A DNA stretch of 63,009 nt from Nemertoderma westbladi. Its lineage: Eukaryota > Animalia > Xenacoelomorpha. The stretch lies in assembly GCA_032718475.1 (NCBI GenBank), contig JAUCBJ010003826.1, positions 1-63,009 of the forward strand, written 5' to 3'. A program made the position numbers and the translations under genes. Positions 60,174-63,009 of this stretch are shown here, one piece after another (positions within the stretch are counted from its first letter, which is position 1; the number at the start of each line of letters is the position of its first letter). The notes under the pieces are model-generated. The model saw only the letters and a program-made list of their open reading frames with translations, did not search any database and was not told the origin of the DNA.

Positions 60174-61883
60174 CTATTTTGTTGATGTAATTACAAACAT
60201 TCCCATCTCTGTACAAATACATCTGCCTGGCCGTAGGTACCGTCGAGTATCATTGGCAGTTTCCTCAAAACTTATCTGGGTTCCAGTTGTAATATCGAAT
60301 GCCTTTCGTTGCAAATAGTGACCAATCGCTTCTTGCAACATTAAGTCAATTCGCTTACTTTTTATTGATCTTTTTATCTGACTCATGAAAGACTCAAATC
60401 TAAAGCAGCTCCAACAATCTAATGGTCCATATTTCCTGTAGAATTGTGTCAAATGAGTTAATATATGCATGTTATATGTGTAAAATGCACAACTGTATAA
60501 TTGTTCTACCTCATTATAAAAGCGATGTATTAAATCTTCCGCGAAACTAATGTATATATCATCTACTCTATTGTTACAACATAAAATACGAAGGGCGACA
60601 TGTAGATCCATCAGGTGATCGAAATATCGAGCAGGCAAAAAATCTTTCATGATGGGACACGCATACAGTATAAATGATCGAAATTCTGTCGCTTTATAGT
60701 TTTTACGTTCTTCAAACGATCTAAGTTTCCTGTTGAACACTGGTGGCATATAGTTCCCAAAATTATTAAGTTTTTCATTAAGTTGAATTTGCAAAGCAGG
60801 GCGGATGTAACATGGCAGAGACTTTTGCTTGTTGCAAATGTATTGCTTGTCAACCCAGGCATATACTAGTTGTCTCACAGATCCTAAGCATACTGCATGC
60901 ATGTATTCAGGAGGGGCTTGACTTGATAGACCGATAACATTACGCAAAGGCGAGAGTTCATGTTGATGATTTATGTCAGTCATTTGTTTGTAGTCTTGGT
61001 CTGTTCTGGAAACGAAACTGGCACCAGTTCCCTTTAGTATAACCTTCTTAAATCGCTGTACTCCTTGTGCATTAATGACATAGAATGGCTCACCATGGAT
61101 GCGACAGTAGGAACATGACGAATATCCCGAATGTGACTTAATCCCCAGCAACATAGCCCGAGCTGGCGAATCACAAGTAAGTAGCTGAATCTCAGAACCA
61201 CTTTTTGAAACATCATCCACAAAATTTTGCAAATAATCACTAATATTATGAGGTTTTGAATCCCCTAGCCATAGTGAAATTATAAACGGTTGACAACTGT
61301 GATTGTGAAACGGTGCCCCTAAGATCGGCCAGAAGTGGATATTCGACGAATTAGACATTTTTAAACCGTCTATGTTTATTGACAGCTGGGTTTTGCAATA
61401 TTCCACGGGTATTCCAAAATATGCCATCCGGCCACCTGCTACAGTTTCTATTGCTCCCATCTCACCATCTATGCCAAATGATGATCTATGTTTTTTGAGT
61501 AGGGTTGAGGCGCATTTCGGTAGTGCTGCATGACCATTATTTGTTAAAATGTTTAAAATAGATGACAGCGCCATATGAGATATTGAATAAGTTGAAGACC
61601 ATTTGGAAAGTTCGCAACACAGTCCATCAATTTCAGAACAACTCTTCGGGACAAAAGGGTCATTATCCTCACTGTCAGATATATCCTTTGAACTGCTACT
61701 GTCATTATCATCAAGTCTATCTATGGAACTCACCGATTCATTGTCCATGTCCACCAAGGAACTGACTGATTCGTTGACATCTGAGTCATCCACATTTTCA
61801 GTAGTGGCGCATGCTTGTCCATTATTAAGTTCATATTCGATGGTGCTTTTTCGCTTTCGATATATGGTCATTCGTGAATACAT
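60174..61883 (-). CDS. CMC/EnSpm (CACTA-like) transposase
   Basis: INIDG..FWPILG, SKP..YLQNFV, CDSPARA..H.GY.SC.YC, EYMHAVCLG, YKATEFR, YNMHIL.HL..GPL..SCFRFES. The C-terminus may be frameshifted. Confidence 0.85.
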   Translation of the reverse strand: MYSRMTIYRKRKSTIEYELNNGQACATTENVDDSDVNESVSSLVDMDNESVSSIDRLDDNDSSSSKDISDSEDNDPFVPKSCSEIDGLCCELSKWSSTYSISHMALSSILNILTNNGHAALPKCASTLLKKHRSSFGIDGEMGAIETVAGGRMAYFGIPVEYCKTQLSINIDGLKMSNSSNIHFWPILGAPFHNHSCQPFIISLWLGDSKPHNISDYLQNFVDDVSKSGSEIQLLTCDSPARAMLLGIKSHSGYSSCSYCRIHGEPFYVINAQGVQRFKKVILKGTGASFVSRTDQDYKQMTDINHQHELSPLRNVIGLSSQAPPEYMHAVCLGSVRQLVYAWVDKQYICNKQKSLPCYIRPALQIQLNEKLNNFGNYMPPVFNRKLRSFEERKNYKATEFRSFILYACPIMKDFLPARYFDHLMDLHVALRILCCNNRVDDIYISFAEDLIHRFYNEVEQLYSCAFYTYNMHILTHLTQFYRKYGPLDCWSCFRFESFMSQIKRSIKSKRIDLMLQEAIGHYLQRKAFDITTGTQISFEETANDTRRYLRPGRCICTEMGMFVITSTK

Positions 61884-62269
61884 ATTGATTCAGAATTAAG
61901 TTAAATATTAATAATTTGTGACGGTAAATACTAAATAGTTTACTTATTTACTTAATGTTATTTTTATTATTTATGTATTTATTTATTTATTTTTAATTAA
62001 ATAAAATATAAATAAAATTGTAACCAGTTTAGTTTATTGTTTTGGTTAAAATTACGTGCTACTGTAACCTGCTCCTTTCCCTAAATTGAGAATTTAATAC
62101 ATTGAGGCGGGATATTAATTCGCCAAGGCGGGTTTTGCGTCCAGTCCCCCCCCCCCCCCCCCCCCCCCCTCTCCCAGTATCTAATTGTTATAACGTAGGT
62201 GCACGATTTTCACGGATTTCACAAACGCCGGGAATTTTTTGTTACCGGTAGGTAAAAATATTGGCACTA

Positions 62270-62820
62270 GTAAAGCAAAAGGGTCCCTACTTCGCCCTGT
62301 CGACACCCCTGCCAATTTTTTCACCATTCCTTTTTACTGTTTTTTAATGCTTTTTTGGTATTGGTGAATGTTCTAGAAAATTCGTAGATATATTTTTTAA
62401 TGGTAGCTAGTAACTGTAAACTTAACTGTAAACTGTTGGTTAACCTGTTGTAGTTTAAACCTGAAATATCAATGTTTTCACATTTTTTTATAAGTTCAAT
62501 AAATACTAGCTTGTAAAAAAACACTAGCTACCATTAAAAAAGAAACATATCTACTAATTTTCTAGAACAGTAATAAAACATGCTAGAATCAATTTATAAG
62601 GTATTTCCAAGTATAAAATTTGCATGAGAAAAAATCTCTTTTTGTGACCCTTTTGCTTGACAAGTGTCAAAATATTGGACACGTCCTTAAGCCAAAGGAT
62701 CCCTACTTCGCCCTGTCGACACCCCTATCCATTACTTTCACCACTCAATTTTTAGTTTTTTTTTAATGCTTCTTTGGTATTGGTGAATGTTCTAGAACAT
62801 TCGTAGATATGTTTTTTATG
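62270..62820. repeat. Diverged direct repeat with ~416-bp spacing
   Basis: ccctacttcgccctgtcgacacccct at 62285 and 62701; ggtattggtgaatgttctagaa at ~62357 and ~62776. Confidence 0.8.
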
Positions 62821-62892
62821 ATATCCTAGTATTTTTTGCTACCGAGTACTATTTAATTTCCTAATTGACTACTACTTCTTTGTCTTATACAG

Positions 62893-62963
62893 GTATAAAC
62901 CCACCCTCAGACCGAAACCCTCCAACTGACCGAAAATCAATGTGCGGCACTTGATGATCTATT
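62893..62963 (+). other. Candidate downstream (possibly terminal) host exon
   Basis: Branch-like ctaat/tgact, pyrimidine tract and acceptor cttctttgtcttatacAG ending at 62892, then a GC-richer stretch. Frame unresolved. Confidence 0.3.
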
Positions 62964-63009
62964 GGCGTCATTAAGCGAATCTCATCAGCCACTCATCAAT
63001 CCGACTGAT

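Overview
AT-rich eukaryotic (metazoan, probably invertebrate) genomic DNA. It consists almost entirely of nested transposable elements and tandem repeats, plus one clear host exon (Arg/Asp-rich, 25133-26123) that suggests the window is largely giant introns. Left to right: the 5' half of an intact-looking BEL/Pao LTR retrotransposon inserted into a long-TIR (Academ-like) element; an RTE LINE split by a 9-bp-TSD foldback element; a ~14-kb 38-bp satellite with higher-order duplications; the host exon; a tRNA-like Pol III unit carrying a perfect minimal hammerhead ribozyme between its A and B boxes (the most unusual item); a PIF/Harbinger element whose transposase is split by a solo LTR; an orphan ORF; an intron-containing piggyBac pseudogene; hAT, pogo-like, Helitron Rep, L2 and RTE fragments; two CR1-group LINEs, one full length and inserted into a Penelope-like element with inverted hammerhead-bearing ends; and a CMC/EnSpm transposase. 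There are no prokaryotic features and no CRISPR array. All family assignments come from motifs read by eye, not from database searches.
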